From Bryobacterales bacterium (lineage in GTDB: Bacteria; Acidobacteriota; Terriglobia; Bryobacterales; UBA6623): a stretch of 64,000 nt of DNA. The notes beneath the pieces were generated by a model. It was not told the origin of the DNA. It ran no database searches and saw only the letters and a list, made by a program, of their open reading frames with translations. This document shows positions 50,621 through 61,560 of this stretch, one piece after another. The stretch is from the NCBI GenBank assembly GCA_963422375.2, contig OY729428.2, positions 160,001-224,000 on the forward strand, given 5' to 3'. The position numbers and the translations under genes were made by a program. Every line of letters starts with the position of its first letter. Within the stretch, counting starts at the first letter, position 1.

Positions 50621-53600
50621 ATGAACGAAGAGTTGCGCGCGCTCCTCAAGGCGTACCGCGAGCTACCGCGTCAGACGCAGAAGGCCTTGGAGCTGCTGTC
50701 GGTGGTCTACCGTCCGATCTCGCGCAAGGAGACCTTGGAGTTGGTGAACGGCGCAGGCATCCGCAAGGGGCCCGGCACCAAGTTCACCTACGCCGACATG
50801 CGGAAGCTAGTCGACCGCCTTATGACCAGGAGGCTCGTCACCAAGAAGGGCCAGCGATTCCAATGCAATACCGACATCGCGGAGGCGATCACGCGCGAGG
50901 CGGGGCGCGCGGGGCGTCTCAAGGAATGGGTCGAGATCACCGACGTGCTGCTGCCCGGGCGGAGGGCACGCCGGAGGGCCACCTACCCCTACCACCGTTC
51001 GTGGCAGGAGTTCCTGGAGGTGATCCGCATTTCGGTCCATCTCAACGAGCCCGAGGAGTTCCAGCGGCACGCCGGGATCTGGCGGTCCGCCTACGACCTA
51101 GCGGGAGCCTGCCCGGACCCGTTCGACAGGATCTTCAACCGGCCGTTCGACGCGGCCTGGCTCGATTCGAGAGACCCGGTGATTCGAGACGCGGGCAGTG
51201 CCCGCATTGTCGAGAATGCCCTCCAGTCGCTGGCCCCCTGCCGCGAGCAGGCGGACTTCCTGAGGCAGCACCCGCACGACCGAGGGAACTATCTCGTGGC
51301 CGAGCACGATATCCTCGCGGGCAACGGCGGGGCGACCTCGATGGACCTGCCCGACGATTCCGCCTGGGGCCAAGTGCTGCGGGGATGGGCGCGCTGCATC
51401 GAAGGGCAGTGGCAGCAGGCGATCGCGCACTTCGAGGGCGCCGTCAAGATCCACAGGAAGGCCCGGGGAATCCGGCGCGCGGTCGTGCTGCCCCCGCGCT
51501 TCCAAGCGCTGCGCGTGATCGCGCTGCTGGGCACGGGCGAGATCCGGCATGCCCGCGCGGCCGGGAAGCTGGCGGACGAGGCCCGCGACGCAGTGTCGAA
51601 CGTGGCTCCTCTCTACCGGGCGCTGAAGGGCGCGACGCTGCTGCTGGCGGACGGGCCCGAGGCCGCCCGCGAGTGCGTCGCGTCCGTGATGCCCGAGACG
51701 ATCACGGATCCGCTGCTGCAGGTGTTCGCCTGCACCGCTCTGTGCTGGGTCGACCGCGACAGAGTGCGCAAGCACCGCCAAGCCCTCGCCGAGCTCGGGC
51801 GGCGGGCCGAGGGCGACGGATACGCATGGGTGGCCGCCGAGTGCCGGCGCATTCTCGAGCGCGCCGACCCCGAGGGGCGGCCCCCGACGGGCGCCTCGCA
51901 GCCGACCGAGGGATACAGGGCGCTGGTCGACGCGGTCCGCGACCAAGCCCCGTGGGAGCGCAAGCTCGCGGCGCTCGAAGGCTTGACGCTGGGCGGCAAG
52001 AAGCAGGCGGGCGCCGCAGCGGCATCCAGGCTGACGTGGCGGATCCTGCCGCACGGCGAGACTGCGACGATCGAGCCGTACGAGCAGAAGCTGAACAAGA
52101 AGGGCCTGTGGACCAAGGGGCGGTCCGTGTCTCTCAGGCGGCTTCACGACCGGTCCGACGTCGGCTGCCTTTCCGCCCAGGACTTTCGGATCTGCGCGGC
52201 CGTGGAAGCCGCCTACTGGAGCGGTCGCGCGGACTACGCGATGTCAATCGACAAGGCGATGCCGGCACTGGTGGGACATCCGCTGGTGTTCCGGGCGGAC
52301 AACCCCGAAACGAGGGTGGAGGTCATCGAAGCCGAGCCCCAGCTGCAAGTGACCGCCGAGGGCGATCAGGTTCGCATGCGGCTCGTTCCCGAGCCCGTCG
52401 AGGACCACAGGGTGCGCGTCACCGTGCAATCGAGGACCCGCGTGGCCGTCACGGTGTTCGGCCCGGAGCACAACGAGCTCTTCAGCGTGCTGGGCGCCGA
52501 CGGCATGGACGTGCCGGCGGGCTCGGAGGACCGGGTCGAGCGCGCGGTCGCGGCGGTCAGCGGCGTCGTGACGGTCCACTCCGACGTCGGCGGCGGCACC
52601 GACGCGGTCGAAGTCGCCGCCGACCCCACCCCGCTAATCCACCTGACGCCGTACGGGAACGGCCTCCGGGTGGAGCCCTTCGCGGCTCCGCTCGGGACGG
52701 ACGGCCCGCTCCTAGCGCCGGGCGAGGGGGGCAGCTCCGTCATCAGCGTTACCGGCGGGCAGCGCACGCGAGCCGCGCGCGACTTGCCGGAGGAAAAGCG
52801 CCGCATCGACTCCGCCGTGGCCTCGTGCCCCACGCTGCGCAGATCTTCCCGGGACGAGGCCGGATGGACGCTGCCCGAGCCCGACCAGTGCCTCGAACTG
52901 CTGGAGGAACTGCACGCCCTGGGCGACCGCGTCCGGGTGGGCTGGCCCGGCGGGGAGAAGCTGAGCATCCGCCACAGGGTGACCGCGGACAACCTGTACC
53001 TGAAGATCCGCCAAGGCCGGGACTGGTTCCGCATCGACGGCGAGGTCCGGCTGGACTCCGGCCTCGTCATGACCCTGAGGGAGCTGCTGGACCGCGCGGA
53101 GAAAGCGAAGAGCCGGTTCATCGAGGTCGGCAAGGACCAGTTCGTCGCGCTGTCGGGCCACTTCCTCAAGCGGGTCAGCGAGCTGGGCGCCTACGCCGAG
53201 CGGCACGGCAAGGGGCTGCGCTTCCACCCTTCGAGGACGCTGGCCCTGGAGCCGCTGGTCGAGGACGCCGGCGCGGTCGACGCCGACGAGCACTGGGCGA
53301 AGCGCCTGGAGCGGTTCCGGCGGGCGCAGGCGCACCAGCCTGAGGTGCCGTCCACCCTCCAGGCCGAGCTACGGGACTACCAGGTCGAGGGATTCCAGTG
53401 GGCGGCGCGCCTGGCGGAGTGGGGCGCCGGCGCGTGCCTCGCCGACGACATGGGACTGGGCAAGACGATCCAGGCTCTGGCGGTGGCGCTGTCCCGCGCG
53501 CCGGACGGGCCGACGCTGGTGGTCGCGCCGACATCGGTGTGCGCCAACTGGATCGAAGAGACGCGCCGGTTCGCACCCACGCTCAACGCCATCCAGTTCG

Positions 53601-54742
53601 GGCAGGGCGACCGCGAGAAGACGCTCGAGGGCCTGAAGCCCTTCGACCTGCTGGTCTGCAGCTACGGCCTGCTGCACACCGAGACCGAGGGCCTGGCGGC
53701 AATCAGCTGGGAGACGGTCGTCCTCGACGAGGCGCAGGCGATCAAGAACCGGGAAACGCTGCGGTCGCGGGCCGCGATGCGGCTGGCCGGGGGCTTCCGG
53801 ATGATCACCACCGGCACGCCTATAGAGAACCACCTCGGCGAGCTCTGGAATCTCTTCCATTTCATCAATCCCGGCCTGCTCGGCTCGGCGAAGTCGTTCG
53901 TCCAGAAGTTCGCCATGCCGATCCACCAGCAGGGCAGCCACGAGGCGAGGGGCGCGCTGAAGCGCCTGATCCAGCCGTTCATCCTGCGACGCACGAAGGC
54001 GGCCGTGCTGGAGGAGCTGCCCGCCCGCACTGAGATCACGGTGCGGGTAGAAATGGGCGCCGCCGAGCGAGCCCTGTACCACGCCGTGCGCGAGAGGGCG
54101 ATGCTGGAGCTGCACTCCACGGCCGGGGAGGGAGGAGGGGCGGCCCACCTCAGGATCCTGAAGGCGATCACGCGGCTCCGCCTGGCCTGCTGCCATCCGA
54201 GCCTGGCCATACCCGACACCGAGCTCGCCGGCGCCAAGCTCGAGGCCTTCATGGAGACGGCCGCGGAACTGATCGACAACGGGCACAAGGCGTTGGTCTT
54301 CAGCCAGTTCACGACCCACTTGGCGATCGTCCGGTCGCGGCTCGACGACGAGGGCATTCGCTACCACTACCTGGACGGCAGCACGCCGCCCAAGGCGCGC
54401 AAGCGCGAGGTCGACGCCTTCCAGGCGGGCGACGGGGACCTGTTCCTGATCAGCCTGCGGGCCGGCGGGCAGGGACTGAACCTGACCGCGGCCGACTATG
54501 TAGTCCACCTCGATCCGTGGTGGAATCCCGCCGTGGAGGACCAAGCATCGGACCGGGCCCACCGCATCGGCCAGACGAGGCCGGTGACGATCTACCGGCT
54601 CGTCATGAAGGACACGATCGAGGAGAAGATCATCGAACTGCACAGCACCAAGCGGGATCTGGCCGACGACCTGCTCGAGGGGGCGGACATGAGCGGGAAG
54701 ATGTCGGCCGAGGAGCTCCTCGCGCTCATCCGCGAGGCGTGA
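50621..54742 (+). CDS. Large SNF2-family helicase with a long helical N-terminal region
   Basis: LADDMGLGKT, LDEAQAIKN, TGTPIEN, LRRTK, LVFSQF, AGGQGLNLT, QASDRAHRIGQ. Confidence 0.93.
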   Translation: MNEELRALLKAYRELPRQTQKALELLSVVYRPISRKETLELVNGAGIRKGPGTKFTYADMRKLVDRLMTRRLVTKKGQRFQCNTDIAEAITREAGRAGRLKEWVEITDVLLPGRRARRRATYPYHRSWQEFLEVIRISVHLNEPEEFQRHAGIWRSAYDLAGACPDPFDRIFNRPFDAAWLDSRDPVIRDAGSARIVENALQSLAPCREQADFLRQHPHDRGNYLVAEHDILAGNGGATSMDLPDDSAWGQVLRGWARCIEGQWQQAIAHFEGAVKIHRKARGIRRAVVLPPRFQALRVIALLGTGEIRHARAAGKLADEARDAVSNVAPLYRALKGATLLLADGPEAARECVASVMPETITDPLLQVFACTALCWVDRDRVRKHRQALAELGRRAEGDGYAWVAAECRRILERADPEGRPPTGASQPTEGYRALVDAVRDQAPWERKLAALEGLTLGGKKQAGAAAASRLTWRILPHGETATIEPYEQKLNKKGLWTKGRSVSLRRLHDRSDVGCLSAQDFRICAAVEAAYWSGRADYAMSIDKAMPALVGHPLVFRADNPETRVEVIEAEPQLQVTAEGDQVRMRLVPEPVEDHRVRVTVQSRTRVAVTVFGPEHNELFSVLGADGMDVPAGSEDRVERAVAAVSGVVTVHSDVGGGTDAVEVAADPTPLIHLTPYGNGLRVEPFAAPLGTDGPLLAPGEGGSSVISVTGGQRTRAARDLPEEKRRIDSAVASCPTLRRSSRDEAGWTLPEPDQCLELLEELHALGDRVRVGWPGGEKLSIRHRVTADNLYLKIRQGRDWFRIDGEVRLDSGLVMTLRELLDRAEKAKSRFIEVGKDQFVALSGHFLKRVSELGAYAERHGKGLRFHPSRTLALEPLVEDAGAVDADEHWAKRLERFRRAQAHQPEVPSTLQAELRDYQVEGFQWAARLAEWGAGACLADDMGLGKTIQALAVALSRAPDGPTLVVAPTSVCANWIEETRRFAPTLNAIQFGQGDREKTLEGLKPFDLLVCSYGLLHTETEGLAAISWETVVLDEAQAIKNRETLRSRAAMRLAGGFRMITTGTPIENHLGELWNLFHFINPGLLGSAKSFVQKFAMPIHQQGSHEARGALKRLIQPFILRRTKAAVLEELPARTEITVRVEMGAAERALYHAVRERAMLELHSTAGEGGGAAHLRILKAITRLRLACCHPSLAIPDTELAGAKLEAFMETAAELIDNGHKALVFSQFTTHLAIVRSRLDDEGIRYHYLDGSTPPKARKREVDAFQAGDGDLFLISLRAGGQGLNLTAADYVVHLDPWWNPAVEDQASDRAHRIGQTRPVTIYRLVMKDTIEEKIIELHSTKRDLADDLLEGADMSGKMSAEELLALIREA

Positions 54743-54958
54743 GGGGGAGCCGAGCGGCTCGGCCGTTCCGAGAGGCAGCGACCTTCGCGTGCTTCCATGC
54801 GAGGCATCGCCGGGATGGGGCCGCTTCGCGTCCCGCGTCCAAGCGGACCTTCCCGGCGCTCGCCCCCGGCCGTCGCAGCGCTGCGGGCCCGGGACGCACG
54901 TCCATGCACCCGCCCAGCTGCCGGACGCGGCTGGCGGCCCCGACGCTTGCGAATCCGC

Positions 54959-55843
54959 CTACGCGAACACGACGAAGGGATGGAAGGTGCGGGGCACGAC
55001 GACCCGGCCCACGCAGACCACTCGCCCGTCGGGCCCAATCGCCTTGACGACGCTGGCGTCGCCGCAGCGGCCGAAAGGGCTCACCCGGAAGTCATGCCCG
55101 TGGCGGATCCGCACCGCCTCGCCCGCATTGACGCGGTGGGCGGGGATCTCGGGCAGCAGGCGCGAGGGAGGCAGCACGGCATCCTCCAAGGCTCCGCTGT
55201 CGCGCAGCTCCTCCAGCGATTCCAAGCTGAGGGCGTCGCCGACCTTGAACTCGCCCACCTGCGTGCGACGCAATTGGTGAACGTGGGCCCCGCAGCCCAG
55301 CTCGCGGCCCAGGTCGTGCGCGAGCGAGCGGATGTAGGTGCCGGCCGAGCAGACGCAGCGGAGACTGGCCGTCGCCCCGCTCGCCTCCAGCAGCTCGAGC
55401 TCGCGGATCTCCACATCGACCGGGTCGAGGTCGACCGGCTTCCGCTCGCGAGCCAGCTTGTAGGCCCGGACGCCCTGCACCTTCTTGGCCGAAACCGGCG
55501 GCGGCACCTGGCGGATCGAGCCGCGGAACTTCGCCAGCAGGGCCTCCAGGGCGGCAGGGTCGAGCGCGACGTCCACCGGCTCCCCCAGCGGCTCGCCGTC
55601 CCTGTCGTAGGTCGACGTGTCCCAGCCGAAGCGAATCCCCGCGACGTACTCGCGCTCGTGCCCGAGGTAGAACCGCGCGAGGCGCGTGGCGCGACCCACG
55701 AGCAGCGGCAGAACGCCCGTCCCGAGCGGGTCGAGCGTCCCGACGTGCCCCACCTTCTCCCCGCCGAGCAAGCCGCGCACCGTGCGCACCGCAGCGAACG
55801 AGGTGATGCCGGCGGGCTTGTCCAAGACGATAGCCCCGTCCAT
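54959..55843 (-). CDS. truB: tRNA pseudouridine(55) synthase
   Basis: DKPAGITS, GHVGTLDP, CSAGTYIRSLAHDLG; start ATG 55843 or 55852. Confidence 0.96.
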   Translation of the reverse strand: MDGAIVLDKPAGITSFAAVRTVRGLLGGEKVGHVGTLDPLGTGVLPLLVGRATRLARFYLGHEREYVAGIRFGWDTSTYDRDGEPLGEPVDVALDPAALEALLAKFRGSIRQVPPPVSAKKVQGVRAYKLARERKPVDLDPVDVEIRELELLEASGATASLRCVCSAGTYIRSLAHDLGRELGCGAHVHQLRRTQVGEFKVGDALSLESLEELRDSGALEDAVLPPSRLLPEIPAHRVNAGEAVRIRHGHDFRVSPFGRCGDASVVKAIGPDGRVVCVGRVVVPRTFHPFVVFA

Positions 55844-55871
55844 TCGACTCATTGTAAGGACCGCCGACGCT

Positions 55872-56912
55872 TCAGCGACCGGGCCCCGACAGCAGCGCGC
55901 GGGCCACGCCGGCGACCCGCTCGGCGCTCACGCCCGCCATGCACGGATGGCCCTCGACGGGGCACTTGCGCAGCAGGCAAGGCGCGCAGGCGACCGGCTC
56001 GCGGACCACGCGCGCCCCGGGGGCGGCCGGCCCGGTCGCCCGCTCGTCGGTGGCCCCGAACACGGCCACGGTCGGAATCCCGAGCGCCGAAGCGGCGTGC
56101 ATCGAGCCCGAGTCGTTGGTCAGGTAGACGTCGCAGGTCGCGGCCAGCTGGAGGAACTCCCCCAGCGTCGTCAGGCCCGCGAGGGAACGGAACCGACGCC
56201 CTCCGAGGCGCGCCACCTCGCCGGCAAGCCGCGCCTCGGAGGAAGAACCGAACACCGCGACGGAACTGTCGCGCTGGTCCGCCAGCGCCCGGGCCGCGGC
56301 GGCGAACCGCTCCGGCAGCCAGCGCTTGGCCGAGCCGTAGGCGGCGCCGGGGCTCACGCCGATCCACGGGCCCGCGGGGAGCCCCCGCCGCGCCCACTGC
56401 AGGCCGCCCCCGCGGCGAAGGCGGGCCGCGCCTTCGAGCCGGACCCGCGCAACGGCGGGCACGCGATCAATCAGCTCGGCCCGCAGGAGGAGTTCCAAGT
56501 AGTAGTAGCACTGGTGGGCCGGAATCTCGCCCGGTCCCGGCCGGGGGATCCGGCGGGTGAGGAGCGGGCCGCGGCCGTCCCGGTCGAACCCGATGCGGTC
56601 CGGGATGCCGGCCCGCCACGCCAGCCATGCCGCGTCAAACGCATTTGGGAGCAGGATGGCCCGGTCGAACGCCATGGCGCGCAGCTCGCGCGCCATCCGC
56701 TCGCGCCCGAGCAGGCCTCCGTGCGCGCCGTCCCGGTCGTAGACCGCGAGGTCGTCGCAGAGTCCCTCCCCGCCGTAGAGTTCCGCGACCCAGGGGCGGG
56801 CGAGCACCGTCACCCGCCAGCCCGGATGAACGCGGCGGATCTCGCGGAGGGCCGGGACCGACATCACCGCGTCGCCCAGCCAGTTGGTCGCGCGCACCAG
56901 AAGACGCTGCAT
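55872..56912 (-). CDS. waaF: ADP-heptose:LPS heptosyltransferase II
   Basis: NWLGDAVM, PGAAYGSAKRW, NDSGSMH, FGAT. Confidence 0.93.
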   Translation of the reverse strand: MQRLLVRATNWLGDAVMSVPALREIRRVHPGWRVTVLARPWVAELYGGEGLCDDLAVYDRDGAHGGLLGRERMARELRAMAFDRAILLPNAFDAAWLAWRAGIPDRIGFDRDGRGPLLTRRIPRPGPGEIPAHQCYYYLELLLRAELIDRVPAVARVRLEGAARLRRGGGLQWARRGLPAGPWIGVSPGAAYGSAKRWLPERFAAAARALADQRDSSVAVFGSSSEARLAGEVARLGGRRFRSLAGLTTLGEFLQLAATCDVYLTNDSGSMHAASALGIPTVAVFGATDERATGPAAPGARVVREPVACAPCLLRKCPVEGHPCMAGVSAERVAGVARALLSGPGR

Positions 56913-56959
56913 CGCGGGCATCTACCAGCCTAGCCCCGCCGTCTGGCTAGAATCGTCCT

Positions 56960-58264
56960 ATGGTTCGCCTCGCGCTCGGCGCCGTCCTGCTGGCTGGCGT
57001 GCCCTACGCCCAGGAGGTGCCGCAAGCCTTCGTCGGGGCCCGCGTGGTGCCGGTCGCCGGGGCTCCCATCGAGCGGGGCGCGGTGGTGATCCACCGGGGC
57101 AAGATCGCGGCCGTGGGCGCGGCGTCCGACGTCGAGGTTCCGGACGGGGCCGAGCGGCACGACGTCACCGGCCAGGTGATCATGCCGGGATTCGTGGACA
57201 CCCACAGCCACTGCGGGAACGTCGAGGGCGGGGACGGCAGCGCGCCGATGCAGCCCGAGGTGCGCGCCTTGGACTCCATCAATGCGCGCGACGCCCGGCT
57301 GCGGAAGGCGCAGGCGGGCGGGATCACGACTGCCAACATCATGCCGGGATCGGGCCACCTGCTCAGCGGGCAGACGCTGTACGTGAAGCACCGCGAAGCG
57401 GAGACCGTCGAGGACTTGCTCGTGCATCGGGAGGACGGCTCCCTGGCGTACGGAGTCAAGATGGCGAATGGCACGAACTCGCGCAAAGATCCCCCGTTTC
57501 CGGGCACGCGGGCCAAGTCCGCGGCGATCGTGCGCGAGCAATTCGCGAGGGCCGCGGAATACCGCGACGAAGTGGCCCGCGCGGACGGCGACCCGGCGAA
57601 GCTGCCGCCTCGCGACCTCGGGCTGGAGACGCTGGTCGAGATCCTCGACGGCAAGCGCACCGTGCACTTCCACACGCACCGGCACGACGACATCGTGACG
57701 GTCCTCAGGCTGGCGGACGAATTCGGCTTCAAGGTGGTGCTGCAGCACGTGAGCGACGGCTGGCTGGTCGCGGACCGGATCGCCGCCTCGCCGCGGGTGC
57801 TGGGAGCGTCCCTGATCCTTATCGACAGCCCCGGCGGCAAGCTCGAGGCCAAGGACAACCGCTTCGAGACCGCGGCCGCGATGGACCGGGCGGGCGTCGT
57901 GACCGGCTTCCACACGGACGACCCGATCACCGACTCGAGACTTTTCAACCGCATGGCGGCGCTGGCCGTGCGGGCGGGCATGCCGCGGGAACGCGCCCTG
58001 TACGGCCTGACCATGGCGGGCGCCCGAATGCTCGAGCTGGAGGATCGCATCGGCTCGCTGGAACCGGGCAAGGACGCCGATCTGGTCCTCCTCTCCGGCG
58101 ACCCGCTGAGCGTCTACACGGAGGTGCTGCAGACTTGGGTTGACGGCCGCAGGGTCTTCGACCGCTCGAACCCTCGGGACCGGCTCTACGCCGAGGGCGG
58201 CTTCGGAGCGAGCCACGACCAGAGCAGCGCGATCCACGGCATAGCGAAGGGAGAGCACCGGTGA
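56960..58264 (+). CDS. Secreted amidohydrolase family protein (HxH intact)
   Basis: PGFVDTHSH, HTHR, HTDD, GSLEPGKDAD. Confidence 0.9.
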   Translation: MVRLALGAVLLAGVPYAQEVPQAFVGARVVPVAGAPIERGAVVIHRGKIAAVGAASDVEVPDGAERHDVTGQVIMPGFVDTHSHCGNVEGGDGSAPMQPEVRALDSINARDARLRKAQAGGITTANIMPGSGHLLSGQTLYVKHREAETVEDLLVHREDGSLAYGVKMANGTNSRKDPPFPGTRAKSAAIVREQFARAAEYRDEVARADGDPAKLPPRDLGLETLVEILDGKRTVHFHTHRHDDIVTVLRLADEFGFKVVLQHVSDGWLVADRIAASPRVLGASLILIDSPGGKLEAKDNRFETAAAMDRAGVVTGFHTDDPITDSRLFNRMAALAVRAGMPRERALYGLTMAGARMLELEDRIGSLEPGKDADLVLLSGDPLSVYTEVLQTWVDGRRVFDRSNPRDRLYAEGGFGASHDQSSAIHGIAKGEHR

Positions 58265-59475
58265 GAGGGGCCCTCGCTATCGCGGCGGCTCTAGCCTGCC
58301 ACCTGCAGGCTCCGCCTGCTCCCGCCCAGGTGGCCGTGCGGGGCGAGACCGTGCATACCGCGGCGGGCGAGCCGCTGCAGGACGCCGTGGTCGTCGTGGA
58401 GAACGGCAAGATCAGCCGGGTCGGCCCGGCGGGCGAGGTGGAGATCCCGAACGGCTTCCGGACGCTGCGGGCCAAGGTGGTGACGCCCGGGCTGATCGAC
58501 GCGCGGTCGACCATCGGCCTCAGCGGCTACCTCAACCAGCCCCACGACCAGGACCAGACGGAGAGGTCGCAGCCCGTCCAGCCGGAGCTGCGGGCGATCG
58601 ACGCCTACAACCCGCGCGAGCCGCTCGTGCTCTGGGCGCGCTCGTACGGGGTAACCACGATCCACACGGGCCACGCGCCACAAGCGCTCGTGAGCGGACA
58701 GACGGCCGTCGTCAAGCTGCGAGGCGAGACGCTGGAAGAATGCGTGGTCGAGCCGCTCGCGATGGTCGCGGCCACGCTGGGGGAGGGGGCCCGGGCGAGA
58801 GGCGACAAGTCCCCGGGCACGCGGGCCAAGATGGCGGCCATGCTGCGCGGGGATCTGATCAAGGCGCGGGAGTACGCCGAGAAGCGGGCGGCGGGCGGCG
58901 AATCGGAGCCCGAGCGGGACCTGCGACTGGAGACGCTCGCGAGGGTCCTCGCCGGTGAGGTGCCCTTGCTGGTGACCGCACAGAGGGTGGCGGACATCCT
59001 CACCGCCCTGCGCATTCGCGACGAATTCGAGATCCCGATGGTGCTGGACGGAGTGGCGGAGGCCCCGCGCGTTCTGGACCGCTTGCGGGAGGCCGGCGTG
59101 CCGGTCATCGTCCATCCCACGATGATGCGCGCCAGGGGCGAGACCGAGAACCTCAGCTTCGAGAACGCCGCGCGCCTCTACGAAGCCGGCATTCCGGCGG
59201 CCATCCAAGGGGGCTTCGAATCGTACGTGCCCAAGAGCCGCTTGGTGCTCTTCGAGGCCGCTGTCGCGGCCGCCCACGGCCTCGGTTTCGAGAACGCGTT
59301 GCGCAGCATCACGATCAACGCCGCCGCGGCACTCGGCATCGACAGGAGGGTCGGTTCGATCGAGGTCGGCAAGGACGGCGACCTAGCCCTGTACGACGGC
59401 GACCCGTTCGAGTACGCGTCGCATTGCGTGGGCGTGGTGATCGACGGCGTGGTCGTCAGCGAGGAAGCCCGATGA
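58261..59475 (+). CDS. Amidohydrolase family protein lacking the metal-binding HxH
   Basis: PGLIDARST, GSIEVGKDGD; 4-nt overlap with the upstream paralogue. Confidence 0.88.
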   Translation: MRGALAIAAALACHLQAPPAPAQVAVRGETVHTAAGEPLQDAVVVVENGKISRVGPAGEVEIPNGFRTLRAKVVTPGLIDARSTIGLSGYLNQPHDQDQTERSQPVQPELRAIDAYNPREPLVLWARSYGVTTIHTGHAPQALVSGQTAVVKLRGETLEECVVEPLAMVAATLGEGARARGDKSPGTRAKMAAMLRGDLIKAREYAEKRAAGGESEPERDLRLETLARVLAGEVPLLVTAQRVADILTALRIRDEFEIPMVLDGVAEAPRVLDRLREAGVPVIVHPTMMRARGETENLSFENAARLYEAGIPAAIQGGFESYVPKSRLVLFEAAVAAAHGLGFENALRSITINAAAALGIDRRVGSIEVGKDGDLALYDGDPFEYASHCVGVVIDGVVVSEEAR

Positions 59476-60473
59476 AGCTGGTCACCTATCCCGACGTCGG
59501 GCCCGAGCGCCTGCGGAAGATTGAAGCCTCCAGCGCACCGATGCGGGTGGTGAACTGCGCGACGGAGACCCGGGCTGTCGAGGAGATCGTCGACGCGGAC
59601 GCGTTCTTCGGCAAGCTCACCCCGGAAATGCTCTCGGCCTCCAAGCGCCTGCGCTGGGTGCAGGCACCCACGGCCAGCCTGGAGCACTACGTTTTCCAAG
59701 AGCTGATTGAGCATCCCGCGCAGCTGACGAACATGCGCGGACTGTTCCACGACAACATCGCGGACCATGTCTTCGGGTGCATGCTGTGCTTCGCGCGGAA
59801 CCTGCACGTCTACATCCGCCAGCAGGAGCGGGCCGAGTGGAAGCCGTACGGAGGGACGAAGGAGGGACAGGCATTCCGCAGCGGCCCGGCCGTCACCACG
59901 AGCGTCGACCTGGCGCACACGACGCTGGCAGGCGCGACGCTGGGCGTGGTGGGGATGGGCTCCATCGGCACGGAGGTCGCGCGGCGCGGGGTGTGCTTCG
60001 GCATGCGCGTGGTCGCGGTGGACAAGAACGAGCGGCTGGCCCCCGAGGGAGTCGACGGGCCTTGGGGGACGGACTGGCTGGACGACCTGCTCGCCGAGAG
60101 CGACTACGTCGTGATCGCGGCCCCGCACACGCCCGAGACCGAGAAGCTGTTCGACCGAGCCAAGCTCGCCAAGATGAAGGCCTCAGCCGTCCTGATCAAC
60201 ATCGGGCGGGGGGTGGTCGTGGACCTGGACGCCCTTACGGCGGCACTGCGGGCGGGAGAGATCGGCGGGGCGGCGCTCGACGTGTACGAGACCGAGCCCC
60301 TTCCGGCGGACCACCCGCTGTGGGGCTTCGAGAACGTGATCCTGACTCCGCACGTCGCGGGGCATTCGCCGGCGATCGCGGAGCGCCATCTCAACGTCCT
60401 GCTCGACAACCTAGTGCGCTTCCAGCGAGGCATGCCACTCAAGAACCTTGTCCGGAAGGACCTGTGGTTCTAG
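59472..60473 (+). CDS. D-2-hydroxyacid dehydrogenase
   Basis: GMGSIG, INIGRG, LDVYETEPLP, TPHVAG. Confidence 0.92.
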   Translation: MKLVTYPDVGPERLRKIEASSAPMRVVNCATETRAVEEIVDADAFFGKLTPEMLSASKRLRWVQAPTASLEHYVFQELIEHPAQLTNMRGLFHDNIADHVFGCMLCFARNLHVYIRQQERAEWKPYGGTKEGQAFRSGPAVTTSVDLAHTTLAGATLGVVGMGSIGTEVARRGVCFGMRVVAVDKNERLAPEGVDGPWGTDWLDDLLAESDYVVIAAPHTPETEKLFDRAKLAKMKASAVLINIGRGVVVDLDALTAALRAGEIGGAALDVYETEPLPADHPLWGFENVILTPHVAGHSPAIAERHLNVLLDNLVRFQRGMPLKNLVRKDLWF

Positions 60474-60907
60474 GCGGGCCGGGCCGTCCGAGGGAAGGCG
60501 ACGCGGAGCCCGCGATGAGGCCCGGCTGCGCACGTTCTACGCCGGGAAACTAGCACCGGACCGCGCCTACCTCGCCGACCGGCGCACGATCCTCAACCGC
60601 CAGCCTAGCCCTTCCGTCCCCAATCATCCGACTGAACGCTCGCGGAGAACGGCCTCGTAGGCGTCAGCAGGCACGACCGTCGAATCCGATCCGGATCCGC
60701 TACCATACCTGTGCGCGATTCCTAGGCATGTCGGACTTGGTGCGAGAGAAGCGTAGCGATTCGATGACCAAAGCCGGGACGGACGCCGTCGAGCGTGCGC
60801 GAGAGGCCTCTTCGCTGCCGCGGCTGCCGTAGAAGTGCAAGTACCAATCCTCGCGCACTATCTTCCATGCAAGAGTTGGCTCGCGAGTCTTCGCATTTCT
60901 TGCGGCG

Positions 60908-61560
60908 GTGGCTGCATGGTTGGCGCTCGGCGCAATCGCGGCGGCCCAAGGCCGTCAGGAAGTCATCGATGCGCTGTCTCGGGGCCAGCATCATCAAGCG
61001 ATTCGGCTGCTCACCGAGCAGCTCGAGCAACGCCCGCGTGATCACGCGTTGCTCACGCTTCAGGGGATCGCTCTTTCACGAGCCGGCAGGCCGCTCGAGG
61101 CCTTGGATTGGTACCGAATGGTGCTCAGTGAAGCGCCGTACCATTTGACCGCTCTGCAAGGTGCTGCGGAGATCGAGTTTCAGCACCACGACCCACATGC
61201 GCAAGCCAATTTGGAGCGAATACTCTCCCTCGATCCCGATGAACCCACCGCCCACGCCATGCTCGGCGTCCTAGCATTTGAGCGACGGGATTGTCCCACT
61301 GCGATTCAATATTTCGCGAAGGCCACACCGAATCTAGGGCAAAACAACTTGGTGCTCTGGCAATACGGACAGTGCTTGTTCCAAGTCCGTGAGGCCGAGG
61401 ATGCGGCCCAGATCTTCCGGCAGCTACTCAATCTAGACCCGACCAACGAGGCAGTACGTTTCAATTTAGCCCTGAGCCTCTTCGAGGCAAATCTCTACCC
61501 GGAGACGATCGACACGCTGACCCCTCTCGCCACCGGCGAATTGCCCGAACCAGGAGTCTT
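60908..61560 (+). pseudogene. Secreted TPR protein, 3'-truncated at an IS1595 copy
   Basis: Signal-like N-terminus and TPR helices; the ORF ends at the TGA overlapping the transposase ATG. Confidence 0.75.
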
